This document shows positions 44,471 to 58,380 of a stretch of DNA of 64,000 nucleotides, piece after piece. Every line of letters begins with the position of its first letter. The first letter of the stretch is position 1. The DNA lies in the NCBI GenBank assembly GCA_028826165.1, contig JAPDFW010000033.1, positions 248,001-312,000 of the forward strand. The letters are read 5' to 3'. The notes under the pieces were generated by a model, which did no database searches, had not been told where the DNA came from, and worked only from the letters and a program-made list of their open reading frames with translations. Origin of the DNA: Anaeramoeba ignava BMAN (lineage: Eukaryota > Protista > Anaeramoebae). The position numbers and the translations under genes are program-made.

Positions 44471-47400
44471 TTATTTATTTTGATTTTCTTCTTCAAAATT
44501 TGATACAAATTCTTGTACTGTTTTTAATTGTAAATTATTAAGATATGAAAAAGCAGATTGTGAAATTGTGAACCAATATTCTTGAGTATGATCAAGTAAT
44601 TTATGATCCAAAAATAATTCAATAAATTTCATATTTGAAGGAAAATTTGGAGGATTAGAAATTATGATTAAATAAATCTAATTAAAAATTCATTTAAAAA
44701 TTAAGAAATTAATTTAAAAAAATATTTTATTTTTTTGATTTAGTTTTTACAATAATTGGTAAAACAAGATCTGCTCCTGCATCTTCTCTTCCTCGAAAAA
44801 ATAATATACTCTTGATATATTGTGCAGATTTACAAAATACTTTCGCTTTTGATAAAGGAGGTTTGAATCTTATCACTTTTGATAGTTCTATTTTGTTGTT
44901 AATTTTCAAATCAAATATTTTTTTATTAAATTTTTTTTATTTTCGTTTTTTATTGAAAATGAATTAACCTAATATTGGAAGAACCCAAACACTTTCATCC
45001 CAAAGATCATCAGGAATTTGAAGAAAAGCAGGACTGACTAATCTTCTTATTTGGGTCATTTTGAGTGAAAAATCTGAATCTTTTTTCTCTAATTGAGATT
45101 GAAATTTTGGATAAAAAAACCTTTTTTCAAATTAAATTTTTAAATTTTGATTTTTGAATTGATTTTTTGAATTGAATTTAAATTAAATTTTGATTAATTT
45201 TTTAAATTGATTTTGAATTAAATTTGAATTAATTTTGAATTGATTTTCATTTGATTTTGAATTAATTTTCAATTGATTTTGAATTAATTTTCATTTGATT
45301 TTCAATTAATTTTCATTTGATTTTCAATTAATTTTCATTTGATTTTGAATTAATTTTGATTTGATTTGGTTGATTTTGAATTGAATTTGAATTAATTTTG
45401 AATTAAATTTTGAATTGAATTTGAATTAAATTTGAATTAAATTTGAATTAAATTTGAATTAAATTTTGAAATAATTTTGGATTTAAATTTGAATTGATTT
45501 TGAATTAATTTTGAATTGGTTTTGAATTAATTTTGAATTAATTTTGAATTGATTTTGAATTAAATTTGAATTAAAATTAAATTTGATTTGATTTTGAATT
45601 AATTTTGAATTAAATTTGAATTAATTTTGAATTAATTTTGAATTGATTTTCATTTGATTTTCAATTAATTTTCATTTGATTTTGAATTAATTTTGAATTA
45701 AATTTGAATTAAATTTGAATTAAATTTGAATTAAATTTGAATTGATTTTCATTTGATTTTGAATTAAATTTGAATTGAATTTGAATTAATTTTCAATTAA
45801 ATTTGAATTAAATTTGAATTAAATTTGAATTAATTTTGAATTAAATTTGAATTAAATTTGAATTAATTTTGAATTAATTTTGAATTAATTTTGAATTAAT
45901 TTTGAATTAATTTTGAATTAATTTTGAATTAAATTTTGAATTAAATTTGATTTTTTTAATTTAATTTTGATTTTTTGAATTAATTTTTGAATTAAATTTG
46001 AATTAAATTTGAATTGTTTCATTTAAATTTTGAATTAAATTTTGAATTAATTTTGAATTTAATTTTGAATGATTTTGAATTAATTTTGAATTTTGAATTA
46101 AATTTGAATTAAATTTTGAATTAATTTTGAATTAAATTTGAATTAATTAAATTTGAATTAATTTTCAATTGATTTTGAATTAATTTTCATTTGATTTTCA
46201 ATTAATTTTCATTTGATTTTGAATTAAATTTGAATTAATTTTGAATTAAATTTTGAATTGAATTTTGAATTGAATTTGAATTAAATTTGAATTAATTTTG
46301 AATTAAATTTGGATTAATTTTATTTGATTTTGAATTAATTTTGAATTAAATTTGATTTGAATTTGAATTAATTTTCATTTGAATTTGAATTAAATTTGAA
46401 TTAATTTTCATTTGATTTTCATTTGGTTTGAATTAAATTTAAATTAATTTTATTTGAATTTGATTTTGAATTAATTTTGATTTTTCATTTTCATTGTATT
46501 CTTAAAAAATACTCATCATAAACATGACACAATAAATAATTCTCAACTAAGGATGTAATTTTATAATCTTCTCCTTGAAAAGATGTACACATTTTATCAG
46601 ATAATATTAAATCTTGAATTGATTGAAAAAATTTCACAATTCCTCCATTAAGTTGCTTAAAGGTTGAACAATTATAAAGATGATCTTTAAAACTTTTCAA
46701 TTTAACCCAATTTTTTGTGAAGAAATGTTGAGAAATAACACAACAAACATATTGATTATATAAATTTTGTTTGTAAGACATTTCTTGTATTAATTCTTCA
46801 TATTTAGTCGCTAATTCTGTATAACGATATTTTTTCTCTAAAATTTTTTTTAAATCAAATTCTGAAGTTGCATCCTATTTTCATAACAAATTCGAAAATA
46901 TATATATATATTTTTTCCATTTTCGATAAAAAATTCCTTCTTCTTTTTTTTTTTAATTATAAAAAAATATAAAAACCATTTCAATATTTTTGATAAGTGA
47001 AACGAAATTTTGTTTTCGAACACTTTTGGGAAGTGATTTAAGTAGAGGTAATGTTGTATCAATTAAACAAGATAAATTTAAAAGCTCTGATAATTGAGCA
47101 AGCTTGAAATTAATTCAAAATATAAATAAATAAATTTGGTTTCATTTAATATTTTTTTTCTTTGTAAATTTTACTTGTCGTTTTGCTTTTAAAATTTCAA
47201 TTAAATTATTTCCATCTTCTGGTCGAATATCATCCATTGAAGCCAAAGTAAGTTTAAGTTTCTTTTCAGTTTCTGTAAGATTAACAAAAGGAACGTTTGA
47301 ATTCATTGAGTCTGATTCATTCAATGGATCTAAAACAAACAAACAAACAAACAAAAATTTCCAATTATAATTTTTTTCAATAAATTATTTTCTTTTCTTT

Positions 47401-49766
47401 CTTTTCTTTCTTTCAATTTACATTTGTTGATTGAAAATACATCATGCAAATTTGAAAAAATTCCTGAATCAACCCTTTGCTTAAAAGATGGATATTTGAT
47501 TGGGGTTTTATGTTCAATATCATCAAATAAAATATCATTGGAACTTTCCTCAAGATTGAAAATATTTTTGGATTGTGTTTCATCTTCTTCAAAAAGATTA
47601 TAGTTTTTTCTTGAAATTTCGGGTTTAATATCCGGATTATCAAAAATATTTATGTTTGCATTTTGAAAAATATTTTCACTTCTTTTTTCCAAATTAATTC
47701 TTGGATTTCTTGCTTGTTTTTCGTTTGAGGAAACTTCATTGATACTTTGGGTTTTCTTTTCTTTTCTTGTTAAAAGAATGTATTTTTTGCGGTCTTTTTC
47801 TTGGATCAAAAAATCTGGTTTTCCGATCCTTAAAACATATTTAATGATAGAATTTTCCCTTATTTTAGGGTATTGTGAGAAATTTTTTTGTTTTGTTTTC
47901 ATTGCGAAATTAAATAGAATTTCGTGTATTTTGTAAATTTCTGAAAGAGTAGAAAGTGCAGTTGTTATTCTATATTTCGGATCTATCATTTGTTTTCCTT
48001 TTTTCTTTAATAATAAATAATTAAATAATTAAATATATTTTTTATGCTCCAAATTTGCTTTTGTTTTTACAACTTCTTTCATTCTTGAAGAAAAAGTTGG
48101 ATTCGCTTGTGCAAAAATATCTAAAAAAGAATTGAGTTCATTTTCTCCAAATATTTTACTGGCATTATGCTTACGAAAACCTTTGCTTAACTAAATATTT
48201 CATTTTCAATATTTCATTTTGAAAATTGTTTTTGTTGTTGTTGTTTTTTAAATTACTTCTTGTAAATTTTTTCTTTGGAATTTGGAAATGGGAATATCGT
48301 CTATAATAGAAAATTTTTCTATATTTTTTTCAATAAATAAAAAATCATTAAATTTTTTTTTCACGTTTTCATTTGGAATTAAATGAATTTTGATAAATAA
48401 AAATCAAACTACAAAATAAATATAAAAATTAATCAATCAATTAATTAAAAAAATTTTTTTGAATGATAAGTTTGTTTTGTAAATGTTTTTTTTCAAACCC
48501 TGGAAATAAAATAAAAGGTTTTAAAAAAATATAGAATACAAAACTTCTAATAATTGAATGTGAACGAATTTTAAATTTTTGCGAAATTCTAATAAGAATT
48601 AAAAAATAGAATGAGTATTTTGATTATTTTAAAGAAAGAAAGGTATTTACTTAAGAATTCTTGAAGCTATCCATCGAATTCCTTGAGGAAGTAATTTTAA
48701 TTTCTCTTTCAATTCAACAATAAAAAATTTACAAAACCAAACAATTTTTTTTGTAACTAAAAATTTAAATATAAATATAAATATAAATATTTAAAATTTA
48801 AAATATAAATGTAAATATTACTCATATCATTTTGACTATTATCATCTTTAAGATTAACAAGTGTCTAAAAAAATTAAATTAGAAAATTTTTAATTAGAAA
48901 ATTTTTTTTCCGATTTTGAAAAAAAATTGTTTTTGATAATTTTTTCTTTTTACAAATTTTAAATTTGTTGTTTGAATAACATCAAGAATTGGTTCTTTTA
49001 AAGCAGAAATCAAATATTTATAAGAATGAGAATTTTGACAATACATAAGCAATAATTGAAATAAAAATTGATGAGTAGTTAAAATTTTATGGATTTTTTC
49101 TTCTTTGTAATTAACAAATCTAATTTTTAAGCATTCCTAAATAATAAAATAGATCAAATGAAGAAATTAAATAAGCAAAAAAAAGGAGAACGAAATTAAA
49201 TATTTTTTTTATATTGATATTTTTGTTTTTGTTTTTGTTTACATTAACAAAAATCAAAAATAATTTTTCTTCATATTCATTTGCAAAATGTGAAAAAATT
49301 GAAGGAATAGCTGAATAAACAAGTGTTTGAATATCTTGTTCAGATAAATTGGGAGTTTCCATTATGGCTATTGCTAAAATTTTGGGAGAATCTCTGATAA
49401 GTTTATAAAGTTTTTGATATTCATGCAATTGAATAAATGTTAAAGGTGATTGTAAAAATCCAAATTTTATCACTTTCCATGATTCAATATCTTCAACTTG
49501 ATTTACTATTGTTTCTGGTTTGATTTTGTGCATTAAAGATATTGAATTAAATCCTTCAACAAGAGTACTCATAAAGTTTTCAGATAAATTATTATATTTA
49601 TTTCTAATTTCTTTCATATCTTTTTCTTCTATTAATTTTTATTTTTTATTATTATTTTTATTATTTAATTTTTGTAAATTTTTTTTTTAAAACCTTTTTC
49701 TAAACAAATTTTTTGAGTTTTTAATTGTTGTTGAATTGAAGAAAGTGTTTGATTAATTTTTTCCAT
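44471..49766 (-). CDS. RasGAP-like + VPS9 domain protein (GAPVD1/Gapex-5-like Rab5 GEF), many exons
   Basis: C-terminal exons: PPLSKAKVFCK...DAGADLVLPII|IYLIIISNPPNFPSNMKFIELF...EYWFTISQSA (VPS9); EFFYPKFQ...KDSDF; N-terminal exons IPSIFSHFANEYEEKLFL and LLPQGIRWI are RasGAP-like; internal exon boundaries not all resolved. Confidence 0.75.
45130..46490. repeat. Intronic degenerate ~11-bp (GAATTAAATTT/GAATTAATTTT) minisatellite
   Basis: Visible within a ~1.4-kb intron of the VPS9 gene. Confidence 0.85.
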
Positions 49767-49934
49767 TAAAAGAAAATTAAAAAATAATTTTTTATTTTTA
49801 TTAAAAAAATAACAAAAAAAAATGAAAAATAAAAAATAAAAATAAAAAATTCATTTTTTTTTTCAGTTTAATTTTTCTTTATTTTTCCTTTTTTTTTTGC
49901 TATTTTTTTTTATTATTATTTTATTACTATTTTT

Positions 49935-52900
49935 ATGCAAACCAAATTTTTATCTCAAATTAGTAAAAAAAAAATAAATATAAACCAAAAAAAAAAACAA
50001 CGGAAAATTAAGTCAACAAAATTCTCAAATCTTTTTTTTTTCTTTTTTTTTTCTTTTAGAAAAGCATCTCTCAACAAATGGAGAGCAAACTTTCTTTTCT
50101 GATGTTGTAACCAAAACTTTTGAAAAGGGGAATCAAGAAGCTTCTTGTTTATTACTTCTTACTTTATATAAGGTTTATTTAATTCCAAGTAAGAAGAAAG
50201 GAGTAAAAAAGAAAATTATAAATACTTTTGGGCATCACTTATTCAGTTTGAAGAGCATTTATTCTCTACATCATCTTCATGTAAATTTACATTTTAATTT
50301 TAATTTTAATTTTAATTTTAATTTTAATTTTAATTTTAATTTTAATTTTAATTTTAATTCTTATTTTATTTTAATTTTAATTTAAATTTAATTTACATTT
50401 TAATATTAATTCTAATTTTAATTTTAATTTTAATTTTAATTCTTAATATTAATTTTAATTTTAATTTTAATATTAATTTTAATTTTAATTTTAATTTTAA
50501 TTTTAATTTTAATTTTAATTTTAATTGAAATTTAATTTTAATTTTAATTTTAATTTTAATTTTAATTTTAATTTTAATTCTAATTTTAATTTTAATTTTA
50601 ATTTTAATTTTAATTCTAATTTTAATTCTAATTTTAATTTTAATTTTTAATTTTAAATTTTCTTGAAATTATTATATTTCGCCAAAATGTTGAAATTATT
50701 AATAAACAATTTTCAGGAATTCCAAAAATTTTAATTTTAATTTTAATTTTAGAAAATTTTAAATTTTAATTTTAATTCAAAAAATTTTTTAATTTTAATA
50801 TTTAATTTTAATTTAATTTTAATTTTAATTTAATTCAAAAATATATAAATTTTTTAAGGTTTAATTCTTTAAAAATTTTTAATTTAAAAATATTTAAATG
50901 AAATTGAAATCGCCAAAAATGTGATGAAATTATTCAAAAATTCATAAACAATGGTTGAAAATTGCAAAAATCAGGAATTCCAAAAAATCGATGGTTAAAT
51001 ATTTATATTGCACCTGAAAAAAGAAGAAAGAGATTTGAGCCTCTTATTAAAGAAGCAGAAGATACAGAATTTGGTAGAAAATCAAAAAAATATTTAAATT
51101 TAATTTAAAAAATATTTATATTTAATTCAAAAAATATTTAAATTTAATCCAAAAAATATTTATTAATTTAATTCAAAAATATTTAAATTTAATTTCAAAA
51201 ATATTTAAATTTAAATCAAAAATATTTATATATTTTTAAAAAAAAAAATATTTAATTCAAAAAATTTAATTCAAAAATATTTTTATTTTAATTTTAAAAA
51301 TATTTAAATTTAATCAAAAAAATATTTAATCTAAATTCAAAAATATATAAATTTAATTTAAAAATATTTAAATTTAATTCAAAAATATTTAAATTTAATT
51401 CAAAAATATTTAATCTAAATTTAAAAAATCCAAAAATTTATATTTAATTTAAAAAATTTAATTCAAAAAATATTTAAATTTATATTTAATCCAAAAATAT
51501 TTAAATTTAATTCAAAAATATTTAAATTTAAATTTAAAAAATATTTAAATTAAATCCAAAAATATTTAAATTTAATTCAAAAATATTTAAATTTAATTCA
51601 AAAATATTTAATTCAAAATATTTAAATTTAATTCAAAAAATATTAAATTTAATTTAAAAAATATTTAAATTTAATTCAAAAAATATTTAAATTTAATTCA
51701 AAAAATATTTAAATTTAATTCAAAAAATATTTAAATTTAATTCAAAAAATATTTAATTTAAATTCAAAAATATTTAAATTTAATTCAAAAAATATTTAAT
51801 TTAATCCAAAAAATATTTAAATTTAATTCAAAAAATATTTAAATTTAAATCAAAAAATATTTAAATTTAATTCAAAAATATTTAAATTTAATCCAAAAAA
51901 TATTTAATTTAATTCAAAAAATATTTAAATTTAATTCAAAAAATATTAAGACAATATAAACTCCGAACAAGGATTTCTTGAAAGCTACTACGCACATTGC
52001 AACAGAATGGAAATCAAATCAAATACACAAATTGTTGAATACTCAAGATACATATTCCGAAAGGCACAAAAAACAAACAAATTAAATTTAACAAAAATGT
52101 TATGGAATAACTCATCCGAAGACGAGCGCAACCAATTAGACGCAGGACCACTCTTCGGAATAGTAGAGCGTAATATAACCTTTCAGGAAATAAACGTATC
52201 AAAATTTCCAGGAAAAGGAACACTGGGATATCTTGCTGATGTATTGAAAAAAAACAAAGAAATTCGGAAGATAATAGCGCAAAGTGTGAAGGATGATGAA
52301 GGAATGCAACGTTTATGGAAGGCAATATCTCACCACAACTGCGCAAATTTGCAAAGTTTGGATCTCTCGAAAGTAAACTTGAACGACAAGAACACAACAC
52401 AGCTCATTGTGGAAGCACTTAGCCAAAAGAACATCGGAATCTGCAAATTGAAATTGAACAAATGCGGATTTAACACAAAATCACTGACTTGGATTTTCAC
52501 GGAGATGAAAAAGGCAGAAAAGTTCAATAAGATCATCAAGCGAATTGAGATCAACGGAAATAAGCTAGCGAGAACAGGATCAAAGGCATTTATTGAATGG
52601 CTAGAGTGCGTGACAAGCAAGACGTTTTCTCGACTTTCGATTTCAGAAACAGAAGCAGAAATTAACGGAATTTTATCCGTTTTGCTTTCCAAATTCACCG
52701 AAAGTTTAACTCATCTCGATATCTCCAAAAACAATATTCCGCAAAATTCCGCGCAAATAAAAGACAATGAAGAAAAAGAAGATCTTCTTGTTTTATTGGT
52801 TCGCCGAGCAAAATTGCTAAGAAATTTGGATATTTCAAAAACAAATTTGCAGCTCGATGTTTTTGAAGAGGTGGCTACTGCGCTTGGGAACGAGAGTGAG

Positions 52901-55900
52901 TCTTCTCAGCTCTATTTGGCCTGCAACGCAAATTCTCTTGGCGAAAAAGGAGCAGACACAATTACACGTTTGCTAGTTCAAAAAAAAAGATTAAGTGGGC
53001 TCGAGTTTATGGAGAATGAGATTGGTGACGAAGGAATAAGCACTATCGTGAGCACACAGAAGCGTTACCACGACTCGATGAAGACGTTGAAAATTGGACG
53101 GAACATTCTTCCACGCGCACAAGTTGTTCCAAGCTCGGGAATCATCAAATCGCTGTTACTTCAGTCATCTTGTGGTTTGAAATTTTTGGATCTGTCAGGA
53201 AATAGCAAGTTTTTCCACAGAAACTATCTCAATGAGATCTTCCCTGCATTGGCAAAGAACGAGACTGTAATCTCATTGAATATACAAGGAAACCAGATGG
53301 GTGACATCGGGGCTTCGTTGATGTGCCAGTGCTTGCGTGAGAATGAAACCCTCAAAAATCTTAAATGGGACGATAATCGGATCACTCTTTCTGCTGTCCG
53401 ACAATTCGCAGAAACCCTTGATGCGAACCAAACACTTGTTATCGCCCCGTTTCCCGAAAGAGATATCGAGCATGTAACCACAAAGAAGATGCTCGTTGAG
53501 GTTTCGCTTCTGAGAAACAACATCCGCGCAAAGTTGCAACTAAACAGACAGCGCAAATGGGATGAACAGGAAAAAAGTAAGATGAGAGGAAAAGGTCCTA
53601 AGCGTCTGGACTTCTCCAACTTGCAGATTCTTTCCCCACGCCAATCACCTAGTCCGCATTTCGAGAGAACACCAAGAATCGACGACCAATATTTTTCGAT
53701 TGGAAACACGTTCGAAAACAAAATGGAAAAAAAAGACGAATTTTTTCTGCCGGAAGATGAAAAAAAAAGTTCACCTTTTGATCAACTTGATCAAACCTCA
53801 AATTCCGGAAATAAAGAACAAGAAGAAGTAACGATAATGCAGAAGTATTCACTAGGAAGACATCGTTCGCTGTCATCACCATCTCTTCCGAAAAGGGTTC
53901 AGAGAAGATCAAGATCATATGTTGAGAATACGCAATTAAACCGAAACGTGGACAAAACACCGAAAACATTATCTAAAGCGGACACGCCAATGGAGAAATT
54001 TGAAGCACAGGTTTCTTTGCAGCAAGGAGCAAAGGGGTATCGATGCATGGAAGAAGCAACAGAGCTTGTGGACATGACAGAAGATTTCCGAACGGCACTT
54101 CTATCGGGGAACATGCACGAGATCAAGAACTGCATGAAACAGGGGAAGGGGAACATCAACATGGTGTGGCGGAGTGAGGAGAGCACAGCAATTCATTATG
54201 CATGCGATGTGGGAGATGCGGATATACTTGCGATGCTGCTTCTGGAGGGAGGGTACAAGTATACGGAGATGGAAGATGTGAGCGGATTAACGCCATTGCA
54301 GAGACTTGTTGTGAAGGCGTTAAGCGTGGATTGCTTGATCCTTCTTCTTGATTTTGGAGCGGACATCGATGCGCAAGACAATCGCGAATGGACGCCGTTG
54401 CAGAACTGTGTGCACAACTACAGTCCTGAGGATGAAGATGACACTCATAAAAGAGTGCAATTTCTCGAACTTTTACTAAAAAAACAGGCAAATGCGGAAG
54501 TTCGAGATTCGAAAGGATGGACAGCATTCCACCGCGCAGCGTCAATGGGATTTATTGACGCGGTTATGCTTCTTGGAGAAACAGCGGATATTAATTCGGT
54601 TGACAACTACGGATCAACTGCTTTGCATAAATCGGCTAGAAACGGACACACCCTTTGCGCAAGATATCTGATTGAGAAAAATGCCCGCACAGATCTTCTC
54701 GATAAAAATAAACAGACACCCCTCGATCTCGCGCTTATATACGGCCAGGATGACTGCGTTTCTCTTCTCGAACTCTACGACACACAGCATTTCCCCTCGC
54801 TCTTCTCGCGCATTGCGCAAACACAACCCGTCAACGACCCGCAATCCCCAAGACTTGTTGTTGAGATGCCGCAGTTTGCCGAGGAAGATCTGATCAAATC
54901 AGTGCCTCTTTCTCGAATATTTCGCGTCTGTGTTTTCGGAAATGCAAAATGTGGGAAAACTGCGCTTGTTGAACGACTTGTATCAGACCAATTCCGCGAC
55001 ACCGCGCCAACGGTACTTGAGTCTCACCATCGCAAGCTTCTTGTTGTTAACCAGCAGGAGATGCTTCTGCACATCCTCGATGTTTCTGGCGATGATGCCT
55101 ATCTCCCAATGTACCAGAAGTGGATTTCTTCTGCTGATGGATTTATGCTCTGTTTTTCTTCCCGAGAAGATCCTTCTGTTCTCTACGATATCGAGAATAA
55201 GTTCCTTCTTCGCATCACAAAATTCGCAACTCATCTCAAACAGATCCCCATTGTGATCGTTTCTCTTCAAAATGACCCTTCATCAGACACACTTTCCCAG
55301 AAAAGCACAAATTCTCTTGCTGTTTCTCTTGCTGAAAAACTCGCCATCCCTTTTATTCAAACTTCTGCAAAACAAAACTCAAATATCCGCGAAGCCTTCA
55401 TCACTCTTCTCCAGTCAATGTACAACATCCTTGGTCGCGAAGAAATGATCAAGAAAGAAAACGAAAAGCTTCGTCTCGAGCGCGAGCTCAAACAACAAGA
55501 GATGGCAAACCGCAGAGAACAACGAGAAAAGCAAAAACAGGCTCGGCAAGTTGCTGATCCTTTACCACTTACTTCACAAACCCCTTTATTATCAACCACA
55601 AACACAAACACAAACACAAACACAAATACAAATACAAATATAAATGAATCTCAAAATACAAATATAAATGAATCTCAAAATACAAATATAAATGAATCTC
55701 AAAACAAAAATACAAAAGATACCCTAAATAAAAATACAAAAGATACCCCCAAAATTGCTATTCCTGATATGTCTAATTTCAAGGAAATCGACCTCGTTAA
55801 TCTTTCTCCTGTTTCTCCAAGAACTGATGAAATGCTTGCAAAACGAAGAATGGAATTTTTCTCTTTCAAAGTGAAAAATAAACCCAAAAAGGGAAAAAAC

Positions 55901-56350
55901 AAAACCAAAACCAAAAACAAAAGCAAACTCATTGATTCCATTGATGATTTACCAAAGCTTCCTTTCAGTGAAATATTGATCAATCCCAAATTCTGCTTTT
56001 GGTTCCAAAATTATCTTAAACAAGAATTTGCTGATGAAAACCTTTCTTTCTTCTTTGCTGTTCATCAATGGAAAGCTATTAATCCAAATAACGATGCTTT
56101 GATTTCTTTAAGTGCTAAAAAAATATATGATGAGTTCATTTCTCCAAAAGCTGAATTTCAAGTCAATATTGATGGAATAACTCGCACAAAAATTAAAAAG
56201 AAGATTCAAGATTGTGATTTTTCTCCTGTTCTTTTTGATGATGCTTTGGAAGCTGTTTTACATCTTATGAGAACAGCTATTTATCCTGGTTTTGTTAGAA
56301 GTCCTTTATATATTCATTTATGGGAAGATGATTCCACTTCAAAGAAATGA
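49935..56350 (+). CDS. CARMIL-like PH + LRR protein fused to ankyrin repeats, a Ras-like GTPase domain, coiled coil and RGS domain
   Basis: Probable ATG 49935; exon 50060-50280 is PH-like (LLLLTLYKVYLI...HHLFSLKSIYS); terminal exon from 51951 (GFLESYYAHC); RI-type LRRs (LNIQGNQMGDIGA, LKWDDNRIT); ankyrins (GWTAFHRAA, GSTALHKSA, QTPLDLA); GNAKCGKT/DVSG/TSAK; RGS FQNYLKQEFADENLSFF...IYDEFI...QVNID...FDDA...LM...YPGFVRS. Confidence 0.85.
51090..51945. repeat. Intronic ~22-bp (AAAAATATTTAAATTTAATTCA) minisatellite
   Basis: Visible tandem units between the GT at ~51075 and the AAG at 51948-51950. Confidence 0.85.
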
Positions 56351-56545
56351 TTTAATTTAAAAATCAATCCAAAAATCAATTCAAAATTTGTTTTGTTTTC
56401 TTTTTATTTTTTTTTAAATAAAACTAACTTATAAAATTTAAAAAAAATTTTTTTTGTTTAATTTTTTATTTTTGAAAAAGAAAAAATTCAATTCAATTCA
56501 ATTCATAAAAAGAAAAAGAAAAAGAAAAAAATTCAAAAATTAAAT

Positions 56546-57901
56546 TCAAATTTTGTTGTTATTATCAACGTTTTCCAATTCATTTGATTTCTGAAAAATT
56601 AATCTTCCATGTTTATAACCAGTATTGTTAGACATTTTGAAATTAACTTTCAAAAATTTTGAAACTCCTCTTCTTGCATTATAAGCTTTTTTCTTGAAGA
56701 AATGAACATCAGTTTTCTTTGGAAAAGCAACTCTAGCCATTATCCAAAAAACTCTATTATCAATTTTAATCAAATCTGGAATTTTTCCATGATTTATAAA
56801 GTCAGAAAATGTTGTTGATCCCCATCCTTCAACAAAATCAGTATAAATTGATGCAATTTTATCTAATCTTTCCCCAATTCTAGGTTTTGGTTTTTGTGCA
56901 AAAAAGCGAATTAATTCTCTTTCGTTTTTGATAGGATCCATATAAGTTTCTTCAGCTCTTTTTCTTTTTTTAATAATTCTAACTGGTTGTTGTTCATTTT
57001 GAATTTTTTGATTTTGAATTTTTGATTTTTGATTTTGAATTTTTTGATTTTGAATTTTTTGATTTTGAATTTTTTGATTTTGAATTTTTTGATTTTTCTG
57101 ATTTTGGTTTTTTTGATTTTGCTTTTCATTTTGATTTTTTTGATTTTGATTTTTTTGATTTTGATTTGATTTTGTTTGCTTTTCATTTTGTTGTTTGGAT
57201 TTTTGGATCGGTTTTGAATCTTGAAATTTATCTCCATAAAAATCATCTCCAAATAAATTATTCTCGTTTTGAATATCAAACGAATTCATCAAAATATTAT
57301 TCTCAAAATCAACAAATTTATTATCAAAAAAATTATTGGCAAAAGAATTCATTTCAAAACCGTTAACAAAAGAAGAATAATCAGAATCATTAAGTGTAAT
57401 AATATCCATTTCCTTCTTGCGTTTAGTTCTAGAAAGTTTTCGATTTGATTTTGAAGGAGTAACTTTAGAATTGGGATTTTGAACTAAATGATTTGGGATT
57501 AACATAAAAGGACTTTCATTTTTTTCAAAAGATTCAAATTCGTTAAAATAATTCCAATCAATTGGATTGTTTGGTTCTTCTTGGAAATAAAATTCTGCTA
57601 AATCATCAACAGAAAACACCTTTTCTTCTTCTTGTTTCATTTGATTATCTTGATGATGAATTTGTCTTTCTTCTTGTATTGAATTTTCTAACGGTTGAAA
57701 TTGATTGTTTGTAAAAAATGAGTTATTGTTTGTCATTGACATGTTCTTGCTATTGTCTCTAATGTGAAATGGTTGTTGTTTGTCATTGTCATTGTCATTT
57801 GGAAAATCAGGGAAAAAAGGAATGTCAAAGTCATCTGGAAACATTTTGGGATCTTCCCATTCAAAATAAGTTTTTGGTTTTGAATTATTGAATAAATCCA
57901 T
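56546..57901 (-). CDS. Hypothetical protein: acidic/Phe-rich N-terminus, QNQKI repeats, basic globular C-terminal domain (putative transcription factor)
   Basis: 451-aa intronless ORF with genome-typical composition; IIKKRKR NLS-like motif; no family recognised with certainty. Confidence 0.7.
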   Translation of the reverse strand: MDLFNNSKPKTYFEWEDPKMFPDDFDIPFFPDFPNDNDNDKQQPFHIRDNSKNMSMTNNNSFFTNNQFQPLENSIQEERQIHHQDNQMKQEEEKVFSVDDLAEFYFQEEPNNPIDWNYFNEFESFEKNESPFMLIPNHLVQNPNSKVTPSKSNRKLSRTKRKKEMDIITLNDSDYSSFVNGFEMNSFANNFFDNKFVDFENNILMNSFDIQNENNLFGDDFYGDKFQDSKPIQKSKQQNEKQTKSNQNQKNQNQKNQNEKQNQKNQNQKNQKIQNQKIQNQKIQNQKIQNQKSKIQNQKIQNEQQPVRIIKKRKRAEETYMDPIKNERELIRFFAQKPKPRIGERLDKIASIYTDFVEGWGSTTFSDFINHGKIPDLIKIDNRVFWIMARVAFPKKTDVHFFKKKAYNARRGVSKFLKVNFKMSNNTGYKHGRLIFQKSNELENVDNNNKI

Positions 57902-58380
57902 TTTGTTTGTTTGTTTTGAATAAGTGAATAAGTGAATAAAAGTAAAAGCAAAAGTAAAAACAGTAATTGTAAAAGAAAAGAAAATTTTTAAAAAGAAATT
58001 AAAAAGAAATTTTTAAAAAAAAAAAATTTAAAAAAAAATAAAAGATTTTGGCTTGATTGATGAGCAAAGGCCAAAAAAGTAAAAATAGAAATAAAGAAAA
58101 TAGAAAAGAAAAAAATAAAAGCTTTTTTTTTAAAAAAAAAGTAAAAAAAAAATATAAGTAGAAAGTAAAAAAGCAAAAAAAAAAAAATAAAAAATTTTTT
58201 TAAAATAAAAAAATGTAAAAAGAAAAGTGAAAAAAAAATAAATAAAAAAAAATTTTTATTTAAAAATGATCAATAAAAATAAATAAAAAAAAAAACTATA
58301 TTGATGTCAGCATTTAAAATTTTCTCTAAATTTTAACAATAAAAAATCCAAATAAAAAAAATTTTTTTTTTCATCCTTCC

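Noticed and set aside
52007-56350. Roco/LRRK-type protein
   Set aside because: No COR or kinase domain after the GTPase; a coiled coil and RGS follow instead.
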